From the NCBI GenBank assembly GCA_973895155.1, contig OZ316893.1, forward strand, positions 2,748,430-2,812,429: a stretch of DNA of 64,000 nucleotides. The letters run 5' to 3'. The translations under genes were made by a program, and so were the position numbers. This DNA is from Marsupella aquatica (taxonomy: Eukaryota; Plantae; Marchantiophyta). Each line of letters opens with the position of its first letter. The stretch's first letter is position 1. Below, piece by piece: positions 1-12,393 of the stretch. A model generated the notes under the pieces. The model had not been told where the DNA came from. It worked only from the letters and a program-made list of their open reading frames with translations, and did not search any database.

Positions 1-939
1 ACTCCCCTTTGTATTAGTGGGCCTGTGGATGGCCCAATGTTCTTTTCACAGAGCTATCAATTCGAACCACCCTGAAGTGGAGGTGTTACAGCTCCACTAC
101 AACTGCAAATGCATGAAACCGCATTTTTGAAGTGACAGTGGAGACGCGGCGTGTTTTGGAGTCATGTAACAAACACAGGAGAATCGCACTAAGTACCATT
201 CCAGCCGGCCCATTCTTCAATGACAGACAGTTCTGCCCAGATCCGTAGCAAGGTTTCCCCCTCGACTCCAAGGCTCACAAGTCTGGAATTGTAACCGGGG
301 AATTTGTTTGGGCTATAAAATTTTAAGATTTAAAAGGATTTGTCATACCAAACTCTGACTCAACCTGGTCCCGTCCATGGGTCTGCTACAAACTGTTCAG
401 AAAGAGTCGATGAGCCCAACCAAGTCACCAATTGAATATGCAAGTGCTCTGCGAGTCCACGAGCCTTAAGGCAGCCATGCACACCTCCGGAGTTGATACC
501 CAATGCATCAATCACTATCTTCGTTGGGTCTGTGATTTTCTTCTGTGTCACGAACACAGCCTGTCTGAGTATTGTGGATTACAGATATCTACGGTAGTCA
601 TGGACCCACTTGTGTGATGTTCCTTCAAAGCATGGACAACTTTATTGTCGGTTTTGCAATGTCCCTTGAGCTCCTCAAGCTAGAGTTGCTTGCAGTTTTC
701 TCACACTCCATACGAACAGGACTGATTATTATGCAGCTAGGACTTTCTCACAATGTGAACAACCCTTGATTGTGCATCCGACCAGGATTGATGATTAACC
801 TGCTAGGACTTTCTCACAACACGAACAAGATCTCATGATTGTGCTGTTTGGAGTTTCGTACATTGCTTACCAACAGGACTGATGATTGTGTTTTTGTTGC
901 TTTGTGTCAATTTTATATATTGGCTGCAAGAAGAGGTAC

Positions 940-1910
940 TTTTCGTACATATGTATTTGAGATTTTCTATATTTTCATTCTTTCTCATATAATAATTATT
1001 TATCGATAAATTTTTTATATTTATCATAATATTATTGTTTTTATTTATGAATTAAAAAATAAGTAATTTAGATTAATTTCATTACATTTACTGATAATTA
1101 TCAATGTACATAATTTAAAATTGAATTACTTATATATTTTTTAATATTATATTAATTATTTCGATAATTTATCAATGTGGAAGTTAAATATTTTCATTCT
1201 CTCAATTTTTATTAATGTTTTTATTCAAAGTTAATCTCGTAAAATATATAATCTCTATATTCATATAAAATAGATTCAAAATTATTTTCAAAGAAATTAA
1301 ATTTATTTATTACATTTTTAATATAATAATAATTATTAAAATAAAATAAATAATAATTAATTTATTTATGATAAAATAATTTTATAATTTTATAATTTTT
1401 ATAATTTTATAATTTTTATATATTGTTAAAATTATACTTTATAATAATATTATATATAAAAATTAAATAAAATATAAATTAATTTTTAATAATTTTTTAT
1501 TTTAATTTCCTTTATTTTTAAATATATTATTTATATAAAATATTTTAAAAATTATATTTATATTTAAATTTCTTTACAAATCCATATATTGTATATGATT
1601 AAATTATTTCATAAAATACAAAAATATAAATTTAAAAAAATTAAAATTTTAAATAATTTTATTATATATCAATAAATATTATTTAATGATAATTAATTAT
1701 AAATAAATAAATCATATTAAATCAATAATATGAATTTAAAAAAAATTAATTTAAGAATTTCTAAAATTATGTATATTTAATTATAATTCAAAATTTAAAT
1801 TGAAACTCTAAATTTTGAAAACATTATATATATTTTATAATACTTCGTAAATATGACAAAATTATAATAAATATTTATTTTAATTTTTTTTATAATATTT
1901 AAATACAAAC
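940..1910. repeat. Extremely AT-rich low-complexity island, including (TTTTTATAA)n around 1378-1420
   Basis: Almost only A/T for ~1 kb; no credible ORF; boundaries approximate. Confidence 0.85.
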
Positions 1911-3550
1911 CTTTGACTATAGTATGTCCATTGTACTCATTACAAGAGCATTATAAGATTTTGTCACCTAGTTGTCCCCTGGTAAAGAAAGTACAATTTG
2001 AATTTACATGGATTGGTTTGTCTTTTAGTACAAAGAGAGGAACAGAATAACAAAAAATAAAGATGATTTTTTTTATTTTTTTATTTTTTTTTATAAATTA
2101 TGATTATCTTTTGTTTTTTTTTGGGTTACAGTGTACTAACCTTGTGACAAGTTCCTCAGACCAAAATAGAGATGAAGTGAAAAAAACAAACTTTCCAAGA
2201 GGATTTCATGTTATTTAATGTTCATCTCTGCCCCATCCCTCTTTTTGTTATGAACTCTCAGTTTTAGTTATGCCCTAACTTTAGAGTCATGGTCTGGCCT
2301 TCACTCGGTGGGCCCATGGAGTAGCTTTTGATAGGGTTGTATTAATTATATTACCTAGGGCATTATGGTTGACACTAACCAAAATTCACGAGCTTTCACC
2401 TCTCTAGAAAGCTTCCGCAACTTTTGGTTAAATTGGCTATCATTATCCATAATCTAACACGAGCCTTAAATCTAGGGAGTCCACGCAGCTTAAATCTAGG
2501 GAGTCGTACAGTTAGAAGTCATCTAGAAAACACTATCAGATGAAGAATATTCTTAGCAATTTTTTGGAGAAAGTAACCTTAGCACATTCATTTGGCAGCA
2601 AACAAAAACCCTTAAAAATTAAGCATATAAGAGGCCCTCAAAATTGGGTGCAGCCCTTGTTATGGACCCCATGATAAGTCCTTTCCAGATGTCCTAGCTC
2701 CTCATGGAGCCATGTCATCAACTTTTGCCAAAATGCATGTTTTGAGTTTCCATAAACATGTCTGTTTGTGTGTGGGGCCACCCGAAAAAAAATGGTAATG
2801 CCTGGTAACTGTAAATTGATTTCAAAAGAATGAAAATTACTTAATAAATAACAAAAATCCATTTTTGTAAAATGCGGTAAAAAGGCAAAATGCAACCATT
2901 TCTCAGACTATCTAAGTTACATTAATTCCAATTTTTGCAAAAGAAAGTAAATGACTTAAAATTTCTAACTAGTAGCTGAAAATCAAGCTTGATACAGGTA
3001 CGCATCAGTGTCCAACATTAAAAATAATACTCCCTAGAAGTATTAAGTACAAACCTCAAGATCAATGCTAATAAATGTAGCCCCAGTATCCTTGATATTG
3101 GTATAAGAATATATATTGGGCGCGAATCAATCTAGACACCAGCTGCCCCCAGGTTAGGTGGTAGAGGAGCTCAATGGGGCGAGGTTGGTTCACTCCACCC
3201 AAAGTGGGGATCATTCATCTCTAGTCATACTTAGGAAAAATATGGATAATGAAAAGAACGGAAAACATGCTCGAACAATGTGCGACAAAAGAATACGAGA
3301 GCTTCAAAGTTGTCTTTTGTCTTAAATCTAGAAGTTGGAGTCTGTTGATTTCTATTGTGGCTTGATTCTTCAATCTACACCTGCTTAGGTTATGTGTAAC
3401 AGAGCTCACCTCTCCTACCTTCATTCACATTGCCTTGCTATTGTCTTTGCTTCCTATGGCTGTTCATTCAAATTAACATCTTGCAATCAATGTTGCACCT
3501 GGACTTGGTTCATGATCTCCCTTTGCTTGTAGCATTGATCAACACTCGGG

Positions 3551-3835
3551 CTCGGGGGTTTCATTTTCACCAAAATGGCACATCACGTGCGACAAAGGAT
3601 AGGGTCATTTTATTGGTTCAAAGTGAAAACTTAAAAAAAAATTGTAGAGGAACAATAGGGTCTTTAAATCCAATTTTTGAAACTTATAAGAATAATCGGG
3701 TCATCTGACCAAAATTTTGGAATATTCTAACTTTATAGGGGTTTAAAAAAGAAATTTTTTCTTACATTTTAGGGGGTCCGGGGCCTAGAAACGTTGCAGG
3801 TGATGGGGAGGCCTCCATATAGTGAGACCCCCGAG
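3551..3835. mobile_element. MITE, subfamily A (CTCGGGGG termini)
   Basis: TIR ctcgggggtttca / tgagacccccgag; flanks cactcggg / cacgaggg (degenerate 8-bp TSD); interior similar to copies at 4974 and 15935. Confidence 0.8.
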
Positions 3836-3846
3836 CACGAGGGGGG

Positions 3847-4160
3847 CGCGAGGGGGGCACTTCCATGGAAGTGGCACATCACGTGCGAATATAGGCCCAT
3901 TTAAATGCGTATGGCGGTTCCAAAGTTTTAGGGAAGAACAAATATGACATGTGTTATTGATTGGCCGGCTTGAAAGAACAAATAGGCCTATTTAATTAAT
4001 TGTAAAAAATATTTTCTATAATGTTTTTAGAGTTTTTTAGTTAAAAATGGCAAATTTTAAAGAAAGAAAGGGTTTTGAAAAAAATCACTAACAAGTTAGG
4101 GGAGTCAAACCCTAAAACATCGTACGCAATGTATAGCCTTGCAAATAGTGACCCCCTCCC
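3847..4160. mobile_element. MITE, subfamily B (degenerate copy)
   Basis: Collinear with 5817-6143 (cacatcacgtgcga...ataggcccatttaaat...aaaccctaaaac...tagtgacccc); ends approximate. Confidence 0.75.
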
Positions 4161-4973
4161 CCCGGATCAACAACCTATTAGTTTGTTGCTACCCTTGGAT
4201 GTCTTTCTCATTTTGCAATAGCATTACCTAACTTTGGCTGCTTGTTTTTGTTAATGTCCCAGTTTACTTGGTTATTGCTATGCCCCAACTTTGCTTACCA
4301 TTGCTCAGTCTCTTGGATCGGCTATTTTTTCCGACATTGCTTTATGGCAAATCCACATGACCTGCTCATGAATGCTATTTTCATAGTAGTTATTTCATTT
4401 TTAATTTGCTTTAGGGTCCATGCTTTGTAGATCCTGACTTTTTGAATATAAACAAACACCCGTTTAAATTTTTCCCTCCCTTTCATTCTTCTATGTGAAT
4501 TAATATGTAAGGTACTCTCACCTCTGTCCCAATGCCTTGGAATTTCCTCATTGAGAGGTTATGTCTTCTACAAGCTTCAAACTCTTGACCTTCACTCCCC
4601 AACCTTCTCCTTCAACCGTTAAATTCAAAATTCTATGAGTGCCTCTATACTAAACAACGGGCTAAACAAGCCCTCATTGTCATAAGTACTATTGTATCTC
4701 ATTAGATTTGTACCTGAATGCACCATGAGTCGCTGTCATTCTCTTAGAGCGTCTCTATCAGTGTATGCTATATGCTTAGTGTATACATGACATATAGCGT
4801 AAAAGTTGTCTTTTTTTAGATTGTTGTATGTAGCAAAGATGATATGTCATAAAGCAACCCCAATTGTTGTTGGGTTTCTTAGTATCTTGTGACATATGCA
4901 CCATTGGATGCTAATCATTGGATCTTGGAGAACCCAAGAATGAATCATGCTTTCAGTCAATGTGCTATATAGA

Positions 4974-5261
4974 CCGAGGGGGGTTTCACTTCCATAAAAA
5001 TGGCACACACGTGCAACAAAGTATAGGTCATTTTATTGGTTCTTAAGGAAGACTTAAGAATTATTTTCTCAAAAGAACAATAAGGTCTTCTAATCCAATT
5101 TGGAGACTTCTAAAAATATTAGGGTCTTTTTAATCAAAATTTTAAAATATTCCAAGAATATTCTAACTTTACAGGGTCATTTAAAATTTTTTAATCTTAC
5201 ATTGTAGAGGATCCAAAGCCTAAAAACCTTGCGGAGGATGGGCAGGCCTCAAGACCCCAAG
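4974..5261. mobile_element. MITE, subfamily A (degenerate copy)
   Basis: Collinear with 3551-3835 and 15935-16240; termini eroded, TSD not clear. Confidence 0.7.
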
Positions 5262-5816
5262 TATACAATGTTCAACTCATATACAGATTGAGTAACCAAA
5301 AAACCCAATAAGATGAGGAATGAGTAGCATGTAAACCATTGGGGTTGCTTTTTTGTTGACCTAGCTTACTCGGTTTGGTCAACATAAAGTTAGAATAGGC
5401 CAACCAAGTCAACGGTGGACATGCTCTTACACTCCCCAATCAATGTTTTTTTTATTCTTATCTCACTATTCATGTAGAAGTTTTTTTTTCACTTTAGCAA
5501 TCTGCAACATTTAATATTCATCAATAAAGATACAATAAATACTCTTTTTTAATACTTCCAATAAAACAAAATAGCTATGTCATAGAATGGGCTAGCTACA
5601 TCTCTTGGATCAAGTTTCCAGATCTTGCTTGAATGAAGTGTCCAATTTGATTTCTTGGCCACTTGTAGGCTACTGTGCAATTTGTCTCACTCTCATTCCT
5701 TTTCTCTTTCCAATTTGCTATGCCATGTCAAGCTCCTTCAATGTCCATTTGTTGGTTTTGGCATTGAGTGCTTCCTCATTAATTAATTCCCCTTCTACTT
5801 ACAATCAAATAAATAT

Positions 5817-6143
5817 CTCGGGGGGGTCACTTCCACGGAAGTGACACATCACGTGCGACGAAGTATAGGCCCATTTAAATGGGTGTGGCGGAAGACTTCC
5901 AAAGTTTGGTGGAAGAACACATAGGGCATGTTTTATTGATTGGTCGACTTTAAAGAACACATAGGCCTATTTAATTGCAAAAAATACTTTCTATAAAGTT
6001 TTTAGGGGTTTTTTAATAAAAAATGACAAAATTTTAAGAAAGAAAGGGCTTTGCAAAAAAATATTTTTCACTTTAAAGTTAGGGGGTCAAACCCTAAAAC
6101 GTCGCACGCGATGTATGACCCTCCATATAGTGACCCCCCCGAG
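5817..6143. mobile_element. MITE, subfamily B, inserted at the 3' end of the CRE-like element
   Basis: Perfect 15-bp TIR ctcgggggggtcact / agtgacccccccgag; perfect 8-bp TSD ataaatat (5809-5816, 6144-6151). Confidence 0.92.
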
Positions 6144-6389
6144 ATAAATATACACACTTTTTATATACAAAGGGACCAACCAGAGTACAAATGAACAAAC
6201 AAAAGAGGGCCCAAGTGGACAAAACCAATCGAAAAAGAAGTGAGCAAAAGGGAACCACTAAACACCAAGAAAGAGGAACTAAAAGTAAGAAATGAGCAAT
6301 AGGGAACCCCTAAAAACCAAGAAAGAGAGACTAAAACTAACCCAAGCGGACCGAGGTCCTCAATCATTCCTAGCAAATGAGGCAAAAAG

Positions 6390-9300
6390 CTACTGGTCCA
6401 CATCAAGGGTCAAAACTAGATCGGCAAGTGGGATTGGAACATCCTCTAGGGGAGCTAGCCAGTGCGGAGGCACACTAGCACCCACTGTAAGAGATCGACG
6501 ATAGATGGCCCGAGCTTGAGCATGCTGCAAGGTGACTGAAATGCGTTGGCGAAAGTGCGTGGTCAAAATAGAAAGTGGGGGTCCGGTGAGACCCATGCGG
6601 CCATGAACATCCCAGGCAGCTTGCCAAAGAAGCCCATCAAACTGAGGATGAAGACGCCCAAATAGCTCCAGAGCAAGGGGGAGGAAGCTGTCGGATGAAG
6701 CTCGTGCAGCATATTTGGCCTCCTTCGTTGTTGCCGCACGTGACGCTGCTGCCCCTGCCGTAGTTGCCGCTGTCCCAATGATGTCTTGGCGCAATGGGTT
6801 TGCCACCACTACATCTGCCAATGTACGTTGACCCTCACGGACCATGGTAAGATCCACCCGTAACCGCTGTGATGGAGGACCAGGTAACTCGAGTACCACC
6901 TCCCGCCGCACGCATACCAAAGAGCCAGAGAGAACCTGAGCAGTCGCATCTCGCACAGCGTCGTGAACTATAATGGTTTCACCTCCCAAACTGCATCGAA
7001 GAAGATGGACACCTGTGGCATCACAAGGCTTCCCACAAGTGCAAGAAGGAGGTCAACCTGCAAGAAGTGGATGGGGCAGCCCCATACGAAGACGCATGGC
7101 TGTGGAGAACTCCGTTGAAGACATCCGCAAATGAGGAATGACTGGATTGGCCTGAAGCCATCCACCTGCGCCCTTCCCTCCGGAAGAAAGAATCCGAGCT
7201 CAGTCCGTGTCAGGTGCCTCGGAGAGGATGCTAGAAAGGGTGAAAGCGTGCATACGCCCAGCAAGGTCTGCCTGAAGATGAACGGGATCCAAGGATAAAA
7301 ACTCCTGAAAAGAAGGTAACGTGGCGCGAACGGGATCTGGTAATGAGGACCGCGCTGCGTGCAAATGAACCTGAAATGGGAGGGAACCCTCCTCTACCTC
7401 CATGAGAGATGAAAGTAAAAAAGGGCAATCCTCAATAAGAAAACGATCGGCCAACAATGAGAAGGCGGCCGCCCACGCACCCAAAAAGGCCAAAGGTGCA
7501 AGGCTCTCAATGGAAGTAAGCCCAAAACCACCCTATGAAATAGGAAGACTGAGTTGTCGATGAAGCCACGGAGATGAGAGCAACGTACCCGGCCCCAAAA
7601 GAGAGGCCAGGGTCTGACGAATGGAGACATCAAATGCTCGAAGGTGGAGACAAAGATCCTCGGTAGGGGGATGCGTCCTAGCCAGATAAGACGCACGAGG
7701 GTGGATGCACCTCAACAACATCCCAAATGCTGCCTGAAATCTGCTAACTTAGGGAGCATAAGAGTAGAGGCAAGGCAGCCTGTAGAGAGTCAGCAATGAA
7801 AGAGGAGCAAAAAGAGGCGGTACCGACTGGGGAGCCAAGGACCCAAAGACCATCGGCTGGACGTAAGAACCCTGGGGGAAGCGTAAGATCAGAGGGTAAC
7901 CCAGCTGGACTCCATGCACGACTCTTCACAGGCTGAACTCGTAAACCGAGGCCCATCAAATGGGTGGAAAGAGTGGCAAGGGCAGAAGTAACTGCGGCAG
8001 GAGGACCAATGATGTGGGTGTCATCTGAAAGGGAGGGGAAGATACACTGGGGGTGGGCCATGGCAGCTTCCCGTAAAGCTGTAAAATGGGCAATGGCAAA
8101 AAGAGGCCCACCCAAAGGGTCACCCTGATGAGTACCTTCTGTAGAGGAAAGAGTGGGAGTGATGACTATAGAAGAGTGGGGCCTCGAGTCCATAAAAACA
8201 ACGGACAAAGGGGATCAAGGACTGGATGTCTGGATCCTCCGCCCTCAAAGCACGAAAAATGGCTGCCCGAGAAACCGTATTAAAAGCGTTAGAGACATCA
8301 ACCTGGAGGACAACCCAATCAGGGTGGAGGTCCAAGGTAGCTCGAATACCCGCAATAACTGTCTCACAACCGCCAGGAACGCCAACTGCAAACTGATGTG
8401 GAGAGAGATGATCCGATAGTGCAGAGCGAAACTGCGAGGAAAGTGTGTGAGACACAAGCCGAAGAAAAACCTCCCCAATAGCAATTGGCCGAACACCCGG
8501 TGAAGACTTAGCCATGGCCAATAAACGAGAAGCACTCAAGAGCCGAGAGACGGGAGGAGGCAAACGACCGGCTGCAATACACTGGCAAAAGGAGAAGAAG
8601 ACTGGAAAACCAAACTGAGGATCCTCAAGGGGGAATAAATCCCGAAAATGCTCAAAGACATAGCCGGAGGGGCCACCAGCAGCGCAACACGGGGCATGGA
8701 GGAAGGCAAAGGTGAAGTAGTCCCTACTAAACTGAAGATCCTCCTCAGGCTCAAAATCCTCTACGAACAAAGGGAGCTGATCAGGGGGCTGCCAAAGGAG
8801 ATCCTGAAGGGCCGACGAGGTGACCTCGCCAGGGGGGGCTGGTGTGGTGGGAGAAAGGGCCTGGACAGCCCGATGATATTCACCAGCCTAGGCTAAACGA
8901 CAAGAGCGACGAAGACGTCTATGCTCAGGGGGATGAGAGTGGCGGGCTGGGTCAGACAAAGCACGGGCGGTAAAAGATCGAGCGCGAAGAAAGTACTCTA
9001 ATGAAGCTGCTCCCAATCTCCCCGCAAAAAACGATGGATACGAGAGGCAATCTTACGGTGACCCACACGACCACCATGACTAGGGAGGATAAGAGACCAC
9101 TATGGAAAAAGCATCAGTAAAGACCAGTAGGAGACCTCCATAGGATGCGCCAAGATAAGCTGCATGAGTTGCAACAAGGAGGATCGAACTAAAGGGCGCA
9201 GCGCCAGAGGAACGTGGTTATAATGTACCCTGGATGGTAGGCTGTAAGGGGGTCTAGAGTGCGAACCCAACTCCATGCCTGCTCGGGAGCCTCCAAGGAG

Positions 9301-9764
9301 GGAGGGGTAGAGCTAACCGGGTCAATAGGGGGCTGAGGCTGGGATTGTGCCTGCTGGCGACGATGGCACCGGCCCCGCCCGCGATGATGAGGGAGGGAGA
9401 TGCCAACCCATCCACAATCAGGACAAGTATGCAGGGGACGCTCATCCGGGGAGGGAGCATGGAAAGACTGGACAGGAGGTGGGGGTGGAACAGATGTGGA
9501 CGAGGAGGCCGGAGGAGGATGATGAATGGGTGGAGAGGGAATGGGGTGGGGAGAGGAGCCAGGGCGACAATGGGGTGGGCAGTAGACGGGGGGGACTGGC
9601 AGAGCATCGGGCATGGGGTCATCACAAAGATGAGAGAGATCCAGTGAAGAAGAGCAAACACGAAGACGGCCACGAGGGGGAGGGGAGGACGGGGGAGAAG
9701 TGTGGGGTGGGGCTGGGCGCTTACCCCGCACCAACACTCTCAACGCAGACATAACAGGCCGCAA
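6390..9764 (-). pseudogene. Fragmented single polyprotein ORF of the CRE-like element (N-terminal Cys/His finger, RT, zinc knuckle, RLE)
   Basis: ORF-track pieces 9189-9764 (HTCPDCGW...HH...C), 8120-8770, 7744-8208, 7533-7721, 7200-7493 and 6390-6989, separated by stops and frameshifts. Confidence 0.85.
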
Positions 9765-10073
9765 TCCGATAAAAGCAAAAACGCATCAAGAAGCAACAAA
9801 AGGCCCAACTGAGGCAGGTGAAAAGAAAGGGGAGGCGATGGAGAGAGCCCACCGCATCAGGCCGAGAAATGGCGCCACCACTAGCCTAGGAAACCGTTGA
9901 GCAGGTGCAGGAATAGTAAGGAACAAAGCTGAAGCGCCCGTCGAGCTGTCCGCTGGGGAGTCGACGCGAGTGAAGATCCGTCCTCTGGATTGAGCGTGCG
10001 GCTACAGCTCTCGAAGGCGACAACCAATTGGAGGAGAAAGCGATGGCCTAAAGCCGATGTGACTCGCTCATAC

Positions 10074-10867
10074 GTTGACCCAAATCGAGTCGTGAAGACG
10101 CCAAGATCGCCAAACGCGCAGCCAATGTGAAAAAATGGCGAAACCTAAATCTGACGTAACTCGCTCAATTGGTGATCGTTTGGGGCGCAATTCATTTCGA
10201 TCTTCACTGTCTCGCCAAGATCTTTCCAAAGCCGTCAAGAACACCCAGATCCGAAACTCCTGGAGAAAGTTATGAACCAAATTGAGTCGCGAAATCGCCA
10301 AAATCGTCAAACGCGCAAAAAAAGTGAAAAAACGGCGAAACCTAAATCCGATGTAACTCGGTCATAGGGTGACCGTTTGGGGCGCAAGTAGTATCGATCT
10401 TCACCGCCTCGCCAATATCTTTCCAAAGCCATCAAGAACTCCCAGATCCGAAACTCCTGGAGAGAGTTACGACCCAAATTGAATCGCAAAATCGCCCAAA
10501 TCGCCAAACGCGCAGAAAAAGTGAAAAAACGGCAAAACTTAAATCCGATGTAACTCGCTCATACGGTAACCGTTTGGGGCGCAAGTCGTATCGATCTTCA
10601 CCGCCTCGCCAAGATCTTTCCAAAGCCGTCAAGAACTCCCAAATCCGAAACTCCCGGAGAAAGTTACGACCCAAATTGAGTCGCAAAATCGTCAAAATCG
10701 CCAAACATGCAGAAAAAGTGAAAAAACGACGAAACTTAAATCCGATGTAGTTCGCTCAGACGGTGACCGTTTGGGGCGCAAGTCGTATAGATCTTCACCG
10801 CCTCGCCAAGATCTTTCCAAAGCCGTCAAGAACTCCCAAATCCAAAACTCCCGGAGAAAGTTACGAC
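10074..10867. repeat. Four tandem ~197-bp repeats in the 5' region of the CRE-like element
   Basis: Unit starts near 10076, 10273, 10470 and 10667; shared cgtttggggcgcaa and tctttccaaagcc(g/a)tcaagaac. Confidence 0.93.
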
Positions 10868-11533
10868 TTTGCGAATGAGTTTGCGAGATCAGGCGTTTGT
10901 CCTCCAAAACCTGAGGGCCCTAATGCAGAACCCATGCCCGTCTGGACGACAGAGAACAACACTCTAAGAAGGAACAGATCAGAACAGCGAATAGAAGGAG
11001 TGCAAGTAGAATCGAAGGACTACTTGCACTCCTACAATGCAAGGCAATAGCTTTGATTGATTGCCAATTGGTTGAAAACTAGTTTGGCCTAGATCTACAA
11101 GTATAATAGACTATCTTGTAATAGACTATCTCGCCCATTTTTGTCCTTTGTCTCGTTACAAAATGCATTATGGGTAGGAAACATTTCTGGCCATTAGATC
11201 ATGCCTAAGTTTTATTTCAACTGCATGATCTCAAAACAAAGGCTATTTCATTGAACTAGGTGTTTTCCTTGATGTGCCCTGCCCTCCTGTATTAATACCC
11301 TGGTACTCCTCAATCCTGACATACAATTAAAAATACAAAATAATAAAAATGCATTGAAGAATTAAAGGCCTAATGGTTCAGCCAAGGGACATTGCCCTCT
11401 GTGGGCTTACACTATGTATCTCCATGCTTGAATCACATTGACAATTTTTCATGACAAGTATTATGGGCCTTGATAATTTAGTGCCCAAAATTCTCTTTGA
11501 ATGCAATGAGTGAATAGTAACATATTTGGATTT

Positions 11534-11683
11534 TTAAATTTTTTAAATTTTTAAATTTTTATTAAATTTTAAGGGGAAATCTCTGAAACCCCATAGAAAG
11601 GGAAGAGTCAGCCACAATAGTTAAATCCAAGACCTATAAGTCTCTACTCAAGTGAGCTACCACAAAGTCATGACTCTACGGGC
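11534..11683 (-). mobile_element. Degenerate SINE-like retroposon
   Basis: 14-bp direct repeat acatatttggattt at 11520-11533 and 11684-11697; A-rich tail on minus strand; weak A/B-box-like words (gtggtagctca, ggatttaact). Confidence 0.6.
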
Positions 11684-12099
11684 ACATATTTGGATTTAAA
11701 AACAAACAATATGCTTTTTTGCCTTTCTATCTTTCACTTTTCACTTGGTATAAAGGGAACAATAGAAACAGACAAAAATCTAGCAAAATATAACCTTGAT
11801 CAGGAAAACAAGTAAAGTAAAAAAAATTATTGGCTTGTGATATCAAGCACTACAATGTTTTATTCTGCCAAATGTTTTTGTCTATTTCCAAAATGAGAAA
11901 CATAAATGAGCAAATCCTAGCACATAATCACAAAACAACTTTTTAGCATATATCGTGAGATCCACCCATACACTAGTTTTATTTTAATTGTCAGCCCAAA
12001 CCCTAAGCCTATAAAAACATTAATTATTTCATGGAGAAGAATATGGCCATTCTAATATGCCCAACAACTAGGTAACCCATGAACATTATTCTAATCTTT

Positions 12100-12393
12100 A
12101 TATATTTTCTTGTCTTTAGCATCTTTAACTTGCAATGATATCTTTTTCTCACCTCATATTTTTTTTTACTCACATTGATATCTTTATCTCACCACAACAT
12201 TTTTTGTCACTCTCGACAGTCATCTTTTTTCTCCTTGAAATCTTTTTCTTTCCTCAAGGATTTTTCCTCCTGGCTTGATATCTTTTCCTCACCTTGACAT
12301 CTTATCTCAACACAAAATCTGTCCCTCCCACTCAACATCTTTTCTCTCCCCAACACATCTTTCCCCTTATCTTTACATCTTTTTCTCACCGTT
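12100..12393. repeat. Degenerate (ACATCTT...CTCACC) minisatellite, left part
   Basis: Recurrent catctt words; the array resumes at 13964-14085 on the far side of an insertion. Confidence 0.7.

Larger units (their letters stand above)
5801..11019 (-). mobile_element. CRE-clade (RT + restriction-like endonuclease) non-LTR retrotransposon, near full length, disrupted
   Basis: RT motifs GVRPIAIGE, DVSNAFNTVSR, GTHQGDPLG, SDDTH; C-terminal CxC..H..C knuckle and RLE motifs (HDAVRD, RVDL, ADVVV, EAKY, FLPLALE.FG); 5' tandem repeats; candidate 6-bp TSD ctactt (5795-5800, 11020-11025) makes the ends tentative. Confidence 0.85.

Noticed and set aside
1-830. Coding-like composition with short ORFs on both strands
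   Set aside because: All frames are interrupted and I recognise no domain; may be a decayed TE gene but cannot be supported
10068-10907. Four paralogous short ORFs (…FLQEFRIWEFLTALERSWR…) and a superficial CRISPR-like periodicity
   Set aside because: By-products of a 197-bp tandem repeat (not a multiple of 3); no unique spacers and no cas genes
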